From assembly GCA_964202905.1 (NCBI GenBank), contig CAXNJO010000015.1, positions 1-64,000 of the forward strand: 64,000 bases of DNA, written 5' to 3'. Each line of letters opens with the position of its first letter. Within the stretch, counting starts at the first letter, position 1. This stretch comes from Polyangiales bacterium. Lineage in GTDB: Bacteria; Myxococcota_A; Polyangia; Polyangiales; JADJQN01. The translations under genes and the position numbers were made by a program. The notes under the pieces were generated by a model that had not been told where the DNA came from, searched no databases, and was given only the letters and a program-made list of their open reading frames with translations. Shown in pieces: positions 31,886-42,323 of this stretch.

Positions 31886-33079
31886 TCACCCATGCGCGGC
31901 GAGCAGATAGACGACGATGCCGAAGACGCAGACCATCGCGGCGGTCTCGACCCAGCTCACCTGACCGTCGTCCTGCACGGCCTTCCAGAGCATCAGCATC
32001 GGGGGGAAGGCGAGCACGACGACGCTCGTCGTCTCGAGGTCGATGGGCAGCACCGCGCCGCTCGCGGCCGATGGGGACGACACCCGTGCCCGCGAGCACG
32101 GCGAGCAGGAGCATCGCGACGGGCAGCACCACGAAGGGCACCTGGCTCACCTGCCCCGCGGCCGAGGCGAGCGCGACGTCGAACATGCCCTTCGCGTGCG
32201 AGGTGACGATCATCGCGAACGCGCCCGCGGACGCGAACACGCTCAGCAGCAGCGCGCCCACCATCTCGGGATATCCACGCTCGGCGAGGCCCGCGACGAG
32301 CGACGTCGGCGAAGTCGCCCGACCGCGTGGCCGCCGATGACCGACGCGACCAGCCCGATGGCGCCATAGCCCGCAATCGTGCCCCAGCCGGGCGCGGCGT
32401 CGTCGTGCGCGGGATTCGGACTGGCACGCTCGACATCGCTCTTCGCGGGTGCGCCGCTGAACCGTTTGACCAGCTCGAGGGTCGCGACCACCTGCACGGC
32501 GAGCAGCGCGACGCCGAGCACCGAGAGGTCGAGCACGCCGAGCCCTTCGCCGCCGTGATCCCCCGCGCGGAAGGTGCGCAGCATGATCATCACGAGCCCC
32601 GCGCCGAGGAAGACGCCCGCCGCCCCCGCGAAGAGGTCGGTGCTGATCTTCACGAGCGGCTCGGGCAGGCGCGCATGCCCCGTGTTGTCGCGCGGCAGGA
32701 ACCCGGAGTAGAGCCCGAACGCGAGCGCGCCGACGTGCAGCGTCAGACACGTGACGATGAAGCCCACGCGCGGCGCGGCGGCGAGCACGAAGCCGAGCAT
32801 CACGAGCTCGGGCACGTTCGACGCGAGCCCCGCCATCGTCCCGGCGACGAAGGGATTCCACCCCACGCGCCGACCGATCCCCTCGACGCTGCGGATCATC
32901 GCCTCGCAGCTGCCGAACACCACCGCGAGCCCGCCGAGCCCGAGCGCCGCCGCGTGCAGCCAGCCGGGGACGGCGTCGTGGCCGAGCACGCGCGGCACGA
33001 GCGTGGCGCCCGCGACGACCGCGCCGCCGCCCGCGAGCATCTTGATCCAGCCGTTTCCACCACCGCCGCCGCCTGCCAT
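31886..33079 (-). CDS. Ca2+/cation antiporter (CaCA, ChaA-like), frameshifts near 32320 and 32070
   Basis: Alpha-repeat GLASNVPEL and many TM helices; continuation LAERGYPEMVGALLLSVFASAG...GQVSQVPFVVLP and final DDGQVSWVETAAMVCVF lie in other frames. Confidence 0.7.
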
Positions 33080-33226
33080 GGGCCCCTGTGTAGAACGAAC
33101 GGCGCTGCGCGGTCAAAGGCGGCGAGACGGATCGTCCCACGGCGGCACACCGACGCGTCGCTGCGCGCGCTGCCCGCCGGCGTGTCAGTCAGCCCATCGC
33201 GCGAGCGTCTCTCACAGCGGAGGCCC

Positions 33227-33679
33227 ATGTCCCAATCGCGCTTCGATCCGCGCCAGCCACCCACCGGTCGTCAGGTCAGCTACGGAGTCGTCCTCGTCGA
33301 CGCCGCGCGCGAGCAGGTCTTTCTGCGCAAGCCCTCAGGCGGCTTTCAGGGCTATGTGTGGACGTTCGCGAAGGGCCAGCCCGACGCGGGCGAATCCCCC
33401 GAAGACACGGCCACCCGCGAGGCCCGCGAGGAGTACGGCCGCCTCGTGCGCGTGATCGCGCCGATCCCCGAGTGGTTCGGGGGCACCCAGTGGGCCAACG
33501 CCTTCTGGCTCGCCGAGGACGCCGGTGTGTACCCACCGGGATTCGACTGGGAGACCGAAGCCACGCAGTGGTTCACCTGGGACGCCGCGATTCACGCGCT
33601 CAGCGAGACGCGCGTCGCCTACCGACGCGACCGCGATGTGCAGATTCTCGCGGCGGCGCGGCGAATCACCGAGGGGTGA
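33227..33679 (+). CDS. Nudix hydrolase
   Basis: Nudix box GQPDAGESPEDTATREAREEYG; GGAGG RBS. Confidence 0.9.
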   Translation: MSQSRFDPRQPPTGRQVSYGVVLVDAAREQVFLRKPSGGFQGYVWTFAKGQPDAGESPEDTATREAREEYGRLVRVIAPIPEWFGGTQWANAFWLAEDAGVYPPGFDWETEATQWFTWDAAIHALSETRVAYRRDRDVQILAAARRITEG

Positions 33680-33728
33680 CGAGCCACACCACTCAAGCTG
33701 TCTTCACACCCGCTGTCCCTCGTCCTTT

Positions 33729-34875
33729 TCAAATCTCACTCTCCGACACCGCCTCTCCACCCCTGCTCCGACTCCCGCCCTTCACCGCGCCTGCGTACGC
33801 CGCGAGCGCCGCGCGGTGTTCCGCTGCGACGGCTTCCGCGAGATCGGCGGGGCTGACGACGCGCACCCTCGGGCCCCAGCCGACGAGCCAGGAGACGACC
33901 TCGGGGCTCGTCGCGAGGGTGAGCGTCATGCGGATCTGCCCGCCGGCGATGCGGCGCGTGCGCTGCGAGGGGTGATATCGCCGCGCGTCGACGATGGCGC
34001 GCACGGCCGCGTCGAACTCCAGCGTCACCTTGCGCGGTGTACCGCCCGCGAAGACGCCGAAGGCGCCGTCGAAGAAGGACGTCGATGGAGAAGTCGGCGG
34101 GCACGTCGAAGCGCTTGTCGCGGGCGCGTGTCGCGGCCTCGAAACGCTCGATGGCGAAGACGCGTGGCGTGGTGGCGGTCTCCCAGCGACCGATCACGTA
34201 GAGGCCATTGCGATAGAGCGCGATCCCCCATGGCTCGAGGGTGCCCGTGTCGATGGCGCCGGCCGCGTGGCGGTAGCGCGCGCGCACGGCGTGGCGGTGG
34301 AGCGCGCCGGTGAGCAGGGCGTCGAGGACGTCGGCGTGCGCGTCGTAGCGCTTGAGGCCGCCGTCGGGCAGGTAGCGGAACGAAGGGCCGAGCGTGCGCA
34401 GGTCGCGCGCGGCGTCGTCGGGCAGCGAGGCGCCGATCTTGCGGAAGATGGAGGCGGCGTCCTCGGCGAGCGGCGTGCCCTCGAGCGTCGCGAGCACGTC
34501 GCGCATCGCGAGCAGCGCGAAGCGCTCGCGCAGCGTGAGCGTCACGGCCTCGCTGCGGCCGCGCACGAGGCGCACCGCGGCGCGTCCCTCGACGGGCGCG
34601 AGCGACACGCCATGTCCAGCGGCGTGCAACACGGCGAGATCGCGGCGCAGCTGCTTCACGGAGATGCCGAGGTCCGCGGCGAGGGACGCGAGCAGCGCCG
34701 GCGTGCGCCGTGCCTGCAGGCGCGCGAGCAGCTCGAGCACGCGCTCGGTCTGCGTGTAGGCCCCTGCTCTGCGGCCGGGCCCGGTGCGCGGCGCGGGCGC
34801 TTCGGTGGGCTTCGTCACGGCGCGCGTCGCGCGTCCACGCTTCTTCGCCGTGGGCGTCTCGGAAGGGGGTGTCAT
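33729..34875 (-). CDS. HTH-WYL-WCX transcriptional regulator (PafC/YafY-like), frameshift near 34078
   Basis: HTH LAADLGISVKQLRRDLAVL; WYL LEPWGIALYRNGLYVIG...RVFAIERF; WCX YHPSQ...WLVGWGPRVRVVSPADLAE in ORF 33729..34028. Confidence 0.9.
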
Positions 34876-34917
34876 GCGTGCGACTGTCTCACCGACGCGA
34901 CGCGGGCACCAGCGCAG

Positions 34918-34940
34918 GGTGGGACATAGTTCGTCCCACC
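34918..34940. promoter_or_regulatory. Palindromic candidate WYL operator 1
   Basis: GGTGGGAC-ATAGTTC-GTCCCACC in the 96-bp divergent gap. Confidence 0.7.
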
Positions 34941-34971
34941 GCGCGCGCACCGTGCGCGTCGGGGTGAGCGA

Positions 34972-37026
34972 ATGACGCCGCACGCACGACGGGCCTGGCT
35001 GCGGGCGATTGCCACGGAACACGCGGGGCCCGAAGCGGCGGCGTGGTTGTCGGACGACGCCGGCAGGCCCGACCTCGACGGGCGCGTGCGCCGGCCTCCC
35101 GTCACCGCCACGGCGCGCGCCGACGCGCGTCGCGAGGCCTTCGGCGCAGCGGCGTGGCGGGTCGATGCGGAGGGCGCGCCGGGTGCCGTGACGGGCGCCG
35201 CGAACCACGGCCCGCAAGCGGCGGAGTGGGCGCCCCTCGATGGGCCCGCCCCGCCGACCACGGACGACACCGAGGCGGCCGCGCTCGCCGACCGCCCCCC
35301 CTTCGACGAGCGCATCCCGACGATCACCCTCGGCGTCGCGCTCGCCGTCGATGGCGCAGGGCTCGCGGACGCGCTGCGGCCGCATGTCGCGCGATTCCCC
35401 GGTTTTCATTGGACGCTCGAGGTGCTCGACGGCCTGCAACCCTCGCTCGCGGGCCTCGACGTCGTGGTGTGTCCCGAGAGCGCGAATGCCCTGCTTCCCC
35501 ACGCGGTCACGGAGCTCCGCAAGGCCGCGACGGAGGGGCATGTGCCGCTGCTCTTCCTCGGGGCGCCCCTCGGGACGCAAGACGACGCGGATCCGTTGGA
35601 GGGACTCGCCGCGCGCGTCGCCGCGCTCTTCGTCCGCGCGCTCATCCCCGTGGCCGAGCCCGCGCCGCGCGGGCAGCGAGCCTTCCCCTACGCGTCGCTC
35701 ACGGGGCGCGACGTGGTGCGCCTGCCACCGGCCGGGCCGACCGTGGCGCTGCAGAGGCTCCCGCGGGGCGTGCGGCTCGAGGCGCGCTACGACGACGGCG
35801 CGACGCGCTGCGTGTCGATGGAGCTCGGCGCGGGCGGCGCACTCGTCCGCGCGACCGAGCCCGGTGCGAGCCGCGATGCGCTGCGGCTGCGCTGGGTCGC
35901 CTCCACGCGCGACGCGGAGCCGGGCGATCTCTTCGACGCCTTCGCGGACGCCATCGCGGGGCCGGGGCTGCCGTGCCGCGCGCTGCTCGATCCCCTCGTG
36001 CGCCGCGCGCGAGTCTGGGCGCGTCAGGCGGTGCCGCGCACGGCCCGCAGCGCGGCCTGCGCGTTCCATCCGCGCGCCGCGGCCGCCGTGGCCATGCGCG
36101 CGGCGGCCGACGAAACCGGTCGCGTCGCGCAGCTCGCGCGCGTCTGCCCGGGGCTCTTCGCGCTGGCCGTCACGCTGCGCGCATCGACCGCGCTCGACGA
36201 GGCCTGCGCGCGCACGATCGCCGGCAAGCCCCTCGCCGAATGCCTCGATCCGGTGCTCGACGCCTGGCGGCGCGCGGGACGCGGCGCTCGCGACGTCGCG
36301 CGGCACGCCTCCTTCGTGCGACGCGCGCCCGCAGCGATCGATCCCGCCGCCCTGCGCGAGCCCTTCCCGCCGGGCCTCATCCTCGACGATCTCCCGAAGG
36401 ATGCGCAGGCCCGCGCTGCGTGGTTCACCGCCGCAGGCGCGCTCGCGGCCCTCACGGTCTCCGAAGGGGCCGACGACGTCGCGCGCCTCGCGTCCTTCGT
36501 GAGCGCCCGCGGCGAGGCGATCGGACGTCTCGACGAGGGCGAACGCGGCACGTTGCTGATCGCGCTGATCGAGCGCGGGCGCGCACTCGGGCACTGGCCT
36601 TCGCGGCAGACCCGGGTCCCGGCGGCGCGCGCGCGTGCGGAGGGGTTCTCGCCCGACGCCGAGCGGCTCCCGTGGACACCCCGGCTCACCACGCCCTCTC
36701 ATCCGCTCGTCCTCATCCGTCTGCTCGCGACGCCGGCCGCGCTCAAGGCCGAGGGCGAGCTCATGGGCCACTGCGTCGGGTCCTACGTCGACGACGTCCT
36801 CTCCCGCACGCTGCTCGTCTTCGCGGTGCGGTGGCGCGGCCAGCGCTACACGGCGTCGGCGCACGTGCAGCGCGACGACAGGCTGGTGCTGTCGGAGCTG
36901 CAGGCGCGTCACACCTACGCGCCCCCGCCGCCTGCGCTCCGTGTCGCCTTCGAGGGATGGCTCGCGCGGCAGCGCGTGCGTGCGGACCACGCCCGGCGCG
37001 CGCGCAGCGGGTCGCCCGATCGATGA
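34972..37026 (+). CDS. Large protein with C-terminal PcfJ-like domain
   Basis: LATPAALKAEGELMGHCVGSYV...VFAVR...YTA matches the PcfJ EG..M.HCV.SY signature. Confidence 0.7.
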   Translation: MTPHARRAWLRAIATEHAGPEAAAWLSDDAGRPDLDGRVRRPPVTATARADARREAFGAAAWRVDAEGAPGAVTGAANHGPQAAEWAPLDGPAPPTTDDTEAAALADRPPFDERIPTITLGVALAVDGAGLADALRPHVARFPGFHWTLEVLDGLQPSLAGLDVVVCPESANALLPHAVTELRKAATEGHVPLLFLGAPLGTQDDADPLEGLAARVAALFVRALIPVAEPAPRGQRAFPYASLTGRDVVRLPPAGPTVALQRLPRGVRLEARYDDGATRCVSMELGAGGALVRATEPGASRDALRLRWVASTRDAEPGDLFDAFADAIAGPGLPCRALLDPLVRRARVWARQAVPRTARSAACAFHPRAAAAVAMRAAADETGRVAQLARVCPGLFALAVTLRASTALDEACARTIAGKPLAECLDPVLDAWRRAGRGARDVARHASFVRRAPAAIDPAALREPFPPGLILDDLPKDAQARAAWFTAAGALAALTVSEGADDVARLASFVSARGEAIGRLDEGERGTLLIALIERGRALGHWPSRQTRVPAARARAEGFSPDAERLPWTPRLTTPSHPLVLIRLLATPAALKAEGELMGHCVGSYVDDVLSRTLLVFAVRWRGQRYTASAHVQRDDRLVLSELQARHTYAPPPPALRVAFEGWLARQRVRADHARRARSGSPDR

Positions 37027-37525
37027 GCCGCGAGCCCGTCCGCGCCGTCACGCTGGGTGCGCCGCTCGAGAACGCGGCCGTGATCGGCGACATCCACGGC
37101 CACGCCGACGCGCTCGCCGCGCTGCTCGCGCGCATCCCCGCGTCGCGCCCGGTCTTCGTGCTCGGCGACCTCGTCGATCGCGGGCCCGAGAGCGCGCGCG
37201 TGGTCGAGCTGATGATCGCGCGCGGCGCACGCGGGGTGTGCGGCAACCACGAGCTCTGGCTGCGCCGCTGGATCCGCGGGGAGTCGGTCGACATCAACGT
37301 CCTCGACCCCGACTTCGGCGCGGCGACGACGCTCGCGTCCTCTGGTTTCCCCACGGATACGAGGGTATTTCTCACACCGCCCGACGCGCGTAGCCTCCAC
37401 ACGCACCGCGACTACCTGCTCGGGCTCCCGCACGCCCTCGCGCTCACCGTCGCGGGCGCGTCCTACTGGCTCGTGCACGCGGGGCTCCCGCCCGTGGCCG
37501 CAGATCCGCCCGAGTGGTCGCCTGA
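37023..37525 (+). pseudogene. Calcineurin-like metallophosphoesterase (PrpA/ApaH type), apparently 3'-truncated
   Basis: GDIHG, GDLVDRGPES, GNHE and VHAG are present and the ATGA overlaps the PcfJ-like gene; no GHT motif follows and protein-like sequence ends near 37520. Confidence 0.7.
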
Positions 37526-37596
37526 CGGCGCTGCTGCTGCCGGAGCGCACGTCGCTGCAGGCGCCTGCATCCGGGTGAGCCGAAGCGCCCGTGGCG

Positions 37597-37619
37597 GGTG
37601 GGACAGAGTATGTCCCACC
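37597..37619 (-). promoter_or_regulatory. Palindromic candidate WYL operator 2 (inverted)
   Basis: Minus strand GGTGGGAC-ATACTCT-GTCCCACC, 20/23 identical to operator 1. Confidence 0.65.
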
Positions 37620-37664
37620 GTGCGGGGCGCCCCGCGCGCAGCGAGGGCGAGCGGGGCGCGCCGT

Positions 37665-38852
37665 CTACGCCGCCCGCGCAGCCTGGCGCTCGGCGTTCTT
37701 CGCGCGGCCGCGCGTGACGGCGAAGCGGCCGACGACGACCGCGAGGCCGACACCGACGACCATCAGCGCGATCCCCACGAGCGGCCGGTAGAAGACCCAG
37801 CCGAGCGCCACGGTGAGCAGCGAGAGCGGCGCCGAGATCACGAACGCCACGAAGCCCGTGCCCGCGCCGACGAGCGAGCCGATGAACGGCACCACGTCCG
37901 CGACGACGACGAGCGGCTTGAAGATGAGCGAGAGCCCGATGAACATCGCGAGCCAGCCCGCGAAGCGCAGCAGCCACGTGAAGAACACGTTGCCGAACTC
38001 GAGCGACTGGATCATCCCGTCGGCCGAGACGGTGCCGGCGTCGAGGTTCTGCTCGAGCACGCGGCCCGACGGCGTGCGCCACTCCGCGAACGTCGCGCCC
38101 CGCTGCGCGGCGAGCACCGACACCGCGCCCGCCGGTACGCGCTCCCACTTCACGCGCAGGTCGCCGAGCTGCGGCGCCGCGCTGCTCGCACCGACGAAGA
38201 GGCCCGCCGCGGCGCGCGTGACCGGGCGACCGAAGCGGCCGAGCCCGGGCGCCTGCGCGGGCTCGATGGGCAGCGCCTCGAAGCCCTCGTGCTGGGAGAC
38301 GAGGTCGGCGGTGAGCGTGCGCGCGCCCACCGTCACGCGGCCTGCGTCGAAGGTCTGAGACACCACGGGCATGGGCGGATTTTGATGACCGGCGGGCTCT
38401 TCGAAGCGCGACGCGTCGAGCGGCTCCGCGCTCCACCCGAGCGCGTACGTGTAGCGCGTGGTGCGCTGCTCGCTCCCGCCGAGACTCTTCGAGGTGCGGC
38501 TCTCTTTGCGCTCGGTCCACTGGAACATCTCGACCGTGCGCCGCAGCCGCAGCGCGCCGGGCGCCGTGGGCCCGAGCTCGGCGTCCGCGAGCGCGTCCGT
38601 CGTCGTGGCGTTGCCCGAGACGTGCACGAGCTTGCCCTCGTCGGCCGGCCGCACGGCGTCAGCGGTCGCCTCGATCACGGCGCCGCGCCCCTCCTCGAGA
38701 TCCTGCGCCCGATGGACGGCGCGCCCCTCGTTCCAGAAGAGCAGCGGGAAGGACGCGACGAAGAGCAGCAGCCCGACGAGGACGCCCTTGATGGAGCTGG
38801 CGATGCGGCTGAACCAGCCTGTGGACTCGGTGCGAACGAACTGATTCGACAT
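37665..38852 (-). CDS. TMEM43 (DUF1625) family membrane protein
   Basis: LLFWNEGRAV, EGKLVHVSG, LRRTVEMFQW, GDLRVKW, TWLLRFAGW, WVFYRPL. Confidence 0.9.
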   Translation of the reverse strand: MSNQFVRTESTGWFSRIASSIKGVLVGLLLFVASFPLLFWNEGRAVHRAQDLEEGRGAVIEATADAVRPADEGKLVHVSGNATTTDALADAELGPTAPGALRLRRTVEMFQWTERKESRTSKSLGGSEQRTTRYTYALGWSAEPLDASRFEEPAGHQNPPMPVVSQTFDAGRVTVGARTLTADLVSQHEGFEALPIEPAQAPGLGRFGRPVTRAAAGLFVGASSAAPQLGDLRVKWERVPAGAVSVLAAQRGATFAEWRTPSGRVLEQNLDAGTVSADGMIQSLEFGNVFFTWLLRFAGWLAMFIGLSLIFKPLVVVADVVPFIGSLVGAGTGFVAFVISAPLSLLTVALGWVFYRPLVGIALMVVGVGLAVVVGRFAVTRGRAKNAERQAARAA

Positions 38853-38906
38853 GGACTATCTCGTGGTGAGAGGGGCTGTGCGGCGAAGGAAGCGAGGATG
38901 GCGATC

Positions 38907-38930
38907 AGACAGCCAGCCGGCTGGCTGTCT
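38907..38930. repeat. Intergenic palindrome, copy 3 (perfect 24 bp)
   Basis: AGACAGCCAGCCGGCTGGCTGTCT. Confidence 0.85.
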
Positions 38931-38938
38931 CGAAGCGT

Positions 38939-41268
38939 TCAGTACACGTAGACGGCGCCCGCGCGCTCGGCCGTGACAACCGTCGCGTCGCCGTCGAGGC
39001 CCGTCGCGGCGGAGGCCTCGTACGGCGCACTGACCGCGAGCGTGCCGCCGTCTGCGGAGAGCGCGAGCGCGAAGCCGAAGAAGTCGCCCGCGCGCACGGT
39101 GCCGGCCTTCACGTAGGCCTCTTCGGACCAGCTGCCCGCGCTCCGCGCGAAGACGTACGCCGCGCCCGACTGCGAGGTGGCGTCGCTCGTCGCATCGCCG
39201 CCGATCCCTGCGGAGGCGCCATCCTCGTCGTAGGCACCGACCGCGAGCCGCGCGCCATCCGCCGAGAGCGACACGCTCGCCCCGAAGGCATCCGCCGCAT
39301 CGGGGTGCGTGGGTTTCACATAGGCCTGCTGCGCCCACGCGCCCGACGCGAACACGAACACGTAGACCGCGCCCGCGGTGGTGGCAGAGTCGTCGGACGG
39401 GTCTGCACCCGACGCTGCATCCTCCTCCCTCGCGCCAACGGCGAGCGTCGCGCCATCGGCAGAGAGCGCCACCGCCGCGCCGAACGCGTCGCCCGCGTCG
39501 GTGTTCGAGGCCTTCACATAGGCCTCGGGCGACCACGCGCTGCCCGCGCGCCGAAACACGTAGACGGCGCCCGCGCGCGGCGCGGCGTCGCTCAGCGCAC
39601 TCCCGCCGACGCCGGTCGACGCCGAGCTCTCCTGCCACGCGCCGACCGCGAGCACGGCGCCATCCCCCGACAGCGCCACCGCTTGACCGAACTGGTCGTC
39701 CGCGCCCGCGTTCGCGGCCTTCACGTAGGCCTCCTGCGACCATGCGCTGCCCGCGTGGCGGAAGACGTAGACCGCACCGGCGGCGAAGCTCGCGTTGCCA
39801 CTGCCATCTCCGTTGATGGTCGTGGCCGACGACGACTCGACGCGCGCACCGACGGCGAGCGTCGCGCCGTCGCCCGAGAGCGCGACCGACTGCCCGAACT
39901 CGTCGAAGGCGTCGGTGTTCGACGCCTTCACATAGGCCTCTTGCGCCCAGCCCATGGCGCTGCGGCGGAACACGTAGACCGCCCCCGCGTACGGCGCTGC
40001 GTCGCTCGCGGCGTTGCCCCCGACGCCCGTCGCCGCCGACCACTCGAAGTGCGCGCCGACCGCGAGCACGCTGCCGTCCGCGGAGAGCGACAGCGCGAAT
40101 CCGAACTCGTCGCCGGGGCCCGCGTTCGCGGCCTTCACGTAGGCCTCCTGCGCCCAGCCCGCGGCGCTGCGTCGATACACGTACACCGCGCCCGCGCCGT
40201 TCACCGCGTCGTTGGCGCCGACGCCGTCCGTGCCCGTCGCCGCCGAGTCTTCCCTGTTCGCGCCGACCGCGAGCGTGGTGCCATCGGCCGAGAGCGCGAC
40301 GGCCTGGCCGTAGCAAGTCGTCGGCCCCCGTGTTCGAGGCCTTCACGTACGTCGCGCCGCGGACCACCGCGACCGTGTACGTGCGCGACGCGCCCGCGCT
40401 CGTGGAGACGACGACGCTCACCACGCGCGGCGCGAAACCGGCACCCGCCATCACGCTCACGGGCGCGCCCGATGCGACGACGGTTCCATCGACACGGAGG
40501 GTCAGACGCGCGGGTTCCGCGACGACGGGGGTGAGCGTCGCCGACGCGACGCCGGGCGCGAGCGTCACGGTGTAGAGGGTCGTATCCCCTGCGAAAACAG
40601 GCGAAAGCGTGGCCTCTGCGCCGACCGAGAGCGCCGAGAGCGCCGGCACGTCGAGCACGCAGCCCGCTACGCCGCGCCCCGTCCCCGAGCTCCCCTCGGG
40701 GCACACGCACGCGAAGCCGCCCGATGTGTTGTCGCAGCGCGCCGCGGGGTCGTCGTCGCAATCGTCGAGCCCGGCCGCGCACTCGTCGATGTCCGTACAC
40801 GCGCCATCGATCCCGGAGAAGCCCGGCGCGCACGGCACGCACACGCCATCGGACGCATCGGCGAGGCCGTCGCAGTCGTCGTCGACGCCCGCGTTGCAGA
40901 TCTCAGCCGCGTCCGGGTTCACCGCCTCGCGCGTGTCGTCGCAGTCGTCGCCGCCGCAGGCCGCGTCGTCGTAGCCATCGCCATCGACGTCGGGACACGG
41001 CGGCGCCGCGTCGGGCTCGCCCGCGTCGGGCTGCGCCGGCGTCGGCTGCGCCGCCATCCTCGAACGAGGCGTCTGCGTCGACCGCCGCGTCGACGCCGGC
41101 GTCGCGGCCGGCGTCGCTCCCCGCGTCGAACGACGCGTCGAGCCCGGCGTCCGTGGGCGTCGGCGGCGCGTCATCGTCGTCGCCGCACGCGGCGAGCGCC
41201 ACCAAAAGCAGCGCTCCGCACAGCGCGACGAAAGCCCGCGACCGCCGTCCATCGACCACACCGCACAT
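38939..41268 (-). CDS. Surface lipoprotein: Cys/Asp metal-binding motif, Ca-binding EGF, cadherin-like sandwich, FG-GAP (integrin-alpha-like) beta-propeller; frameshifts near 41050 and 40312
   Basis: LAACGDDD lipobox; DCDD...NPDAAEICN..DDDCDG; CTDIDEC; about seven repeats of YVKASN...D.FG..VALS.DG..LAVGA...GAVYVF. Confidence 0.85.
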
Positions 41269-41447
41269 CGTCCTGTCGCGCACGCCGCATCCTCCGCGCA
41301 GGGCGCCTCGACCCCGCGTCACGCATAAGCCGCGTGCGAGGCTGGCACATGGGTGGCGCGGCTTCCAGCAACGACTGCGCCCCAGCGCTACGACAAACGT
41401 CGATCGCGTCGGTCACCCGGGAGCGAACACCCCGACATGCGCGCGGG

Positions 41448-42263
41448 CTACGCGGGCGGCGACACGAGACCGTTCAGCAGCGCCGCGAGCGCGGGCGTCA
41501 GCGGGCCATTCTCGCGCAGATAGGCAAGGTCCGAATCAAAGGGCGCGGGCGGCTCGCGCGTCCACGGCCGCGGGTCAGAGGCGTAGTCGTGGCCGGGGTG
41601 CGCGCTGCATGCGTAGCGGGCGTAGACCCGGGCCGCGCCCCGGACCTCGAACCACCACCATGCGCGCATCGTGATCACCGAAGCCACGAAACGTTCCGGG
41701 CGCTCCTCCCCGAGCACTGCGCGGGCACCGGGCGCGGACGCCCTCGCGAGCAGCGCATCGGCCTCGACGAGCTCCGCGGCCCCGATCGCCTCGAGCTGCG
41801 GCGTGAGCAGGCGGAGCGCACGCAGCGCATGACCCGGGCGGGGGGGCGCGAGGCGCCGCAGCGCTCGCAGCTGATTCCCGGGCTGCTTCGCCCCGAAGTG
41901 ACGCGGCCGGCACCAGCGCGTCACGGCGAGCTGCGTGCCGGGGTCGACGTCCGGATTCTCGAGCACCTCCCCAACCAGCACGAGCATGAAGCGCGCTTGC
42001 AACGTCTCCGCGTACTCCCACGCGGCCTCGTCGCACTCCCCGAACCCGTAGCGACGCGGCGCACCCGGCGGATTCAGCGCCGGAATCGCGGGATTGCGCG
42101 CAGACACGCGCGCGCTCGCCGCGCGGTGAAGGCGGGCCGCGACGCCATCCGGATCGCGGAGCGCCGCGAGCCGCTTCAGCACCGCCGGGCGGCGGACGTC
42201 GCCGCGCTGGGCGGCCTCCGCGAAGCCGAGTTCGTCGAGCAGGGTCACGATGGACGAAGACAT
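41448..42263 (-). CDS. Hypothetical protein (271 aa), last gene of the MoxR-vWA operon
   Basis: GGAGGTGAG before ATG 42263; co-directional, 60 bp after the vWA gene; no recognised motif. Confidence 0.6.
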   Translation of the reverse strand: MSSSIVTLLDELGFAEAAQRGDVRRPAVLKRLAALRDPDGVAARLHRAASARVSARNPAIPALNPPGAPRRYGFGECDEAAWEYAETLQARFMLVLVGEVLENPDVDPGTQLAVTRWCRPRHFGAKQPGNQLRALRRLAPPRPGHALRALRLLTPQLEAIGAAELVEADALLARASAPGARAVLGEERPERFVASVITMRAWWWFEVRGAARVYARYACSAHPGHDYASDPRPWTREPPAPFDSDLAYLRENGPLTPALAALLNGLVSPPA

Positions 42264-42323
42264 CTCACCTCCGCGAGCGTGGGTATCGAGCATGGGATTC
42301 TGAAACGACCTCGCAAAGCACGC

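Noticed and set aside
33119..33141. Third WYL operator upstream of Nudix (GTCCCACG)
   Set aside because: Only a right half-site; no GGGAC at the 7-nt spacing.
41343..41357. Sigma-54-like TGGCAC-N-GC element
   Set aside because: It points along the plus strand, where no gene follows, and lacks the TTGC consensus.
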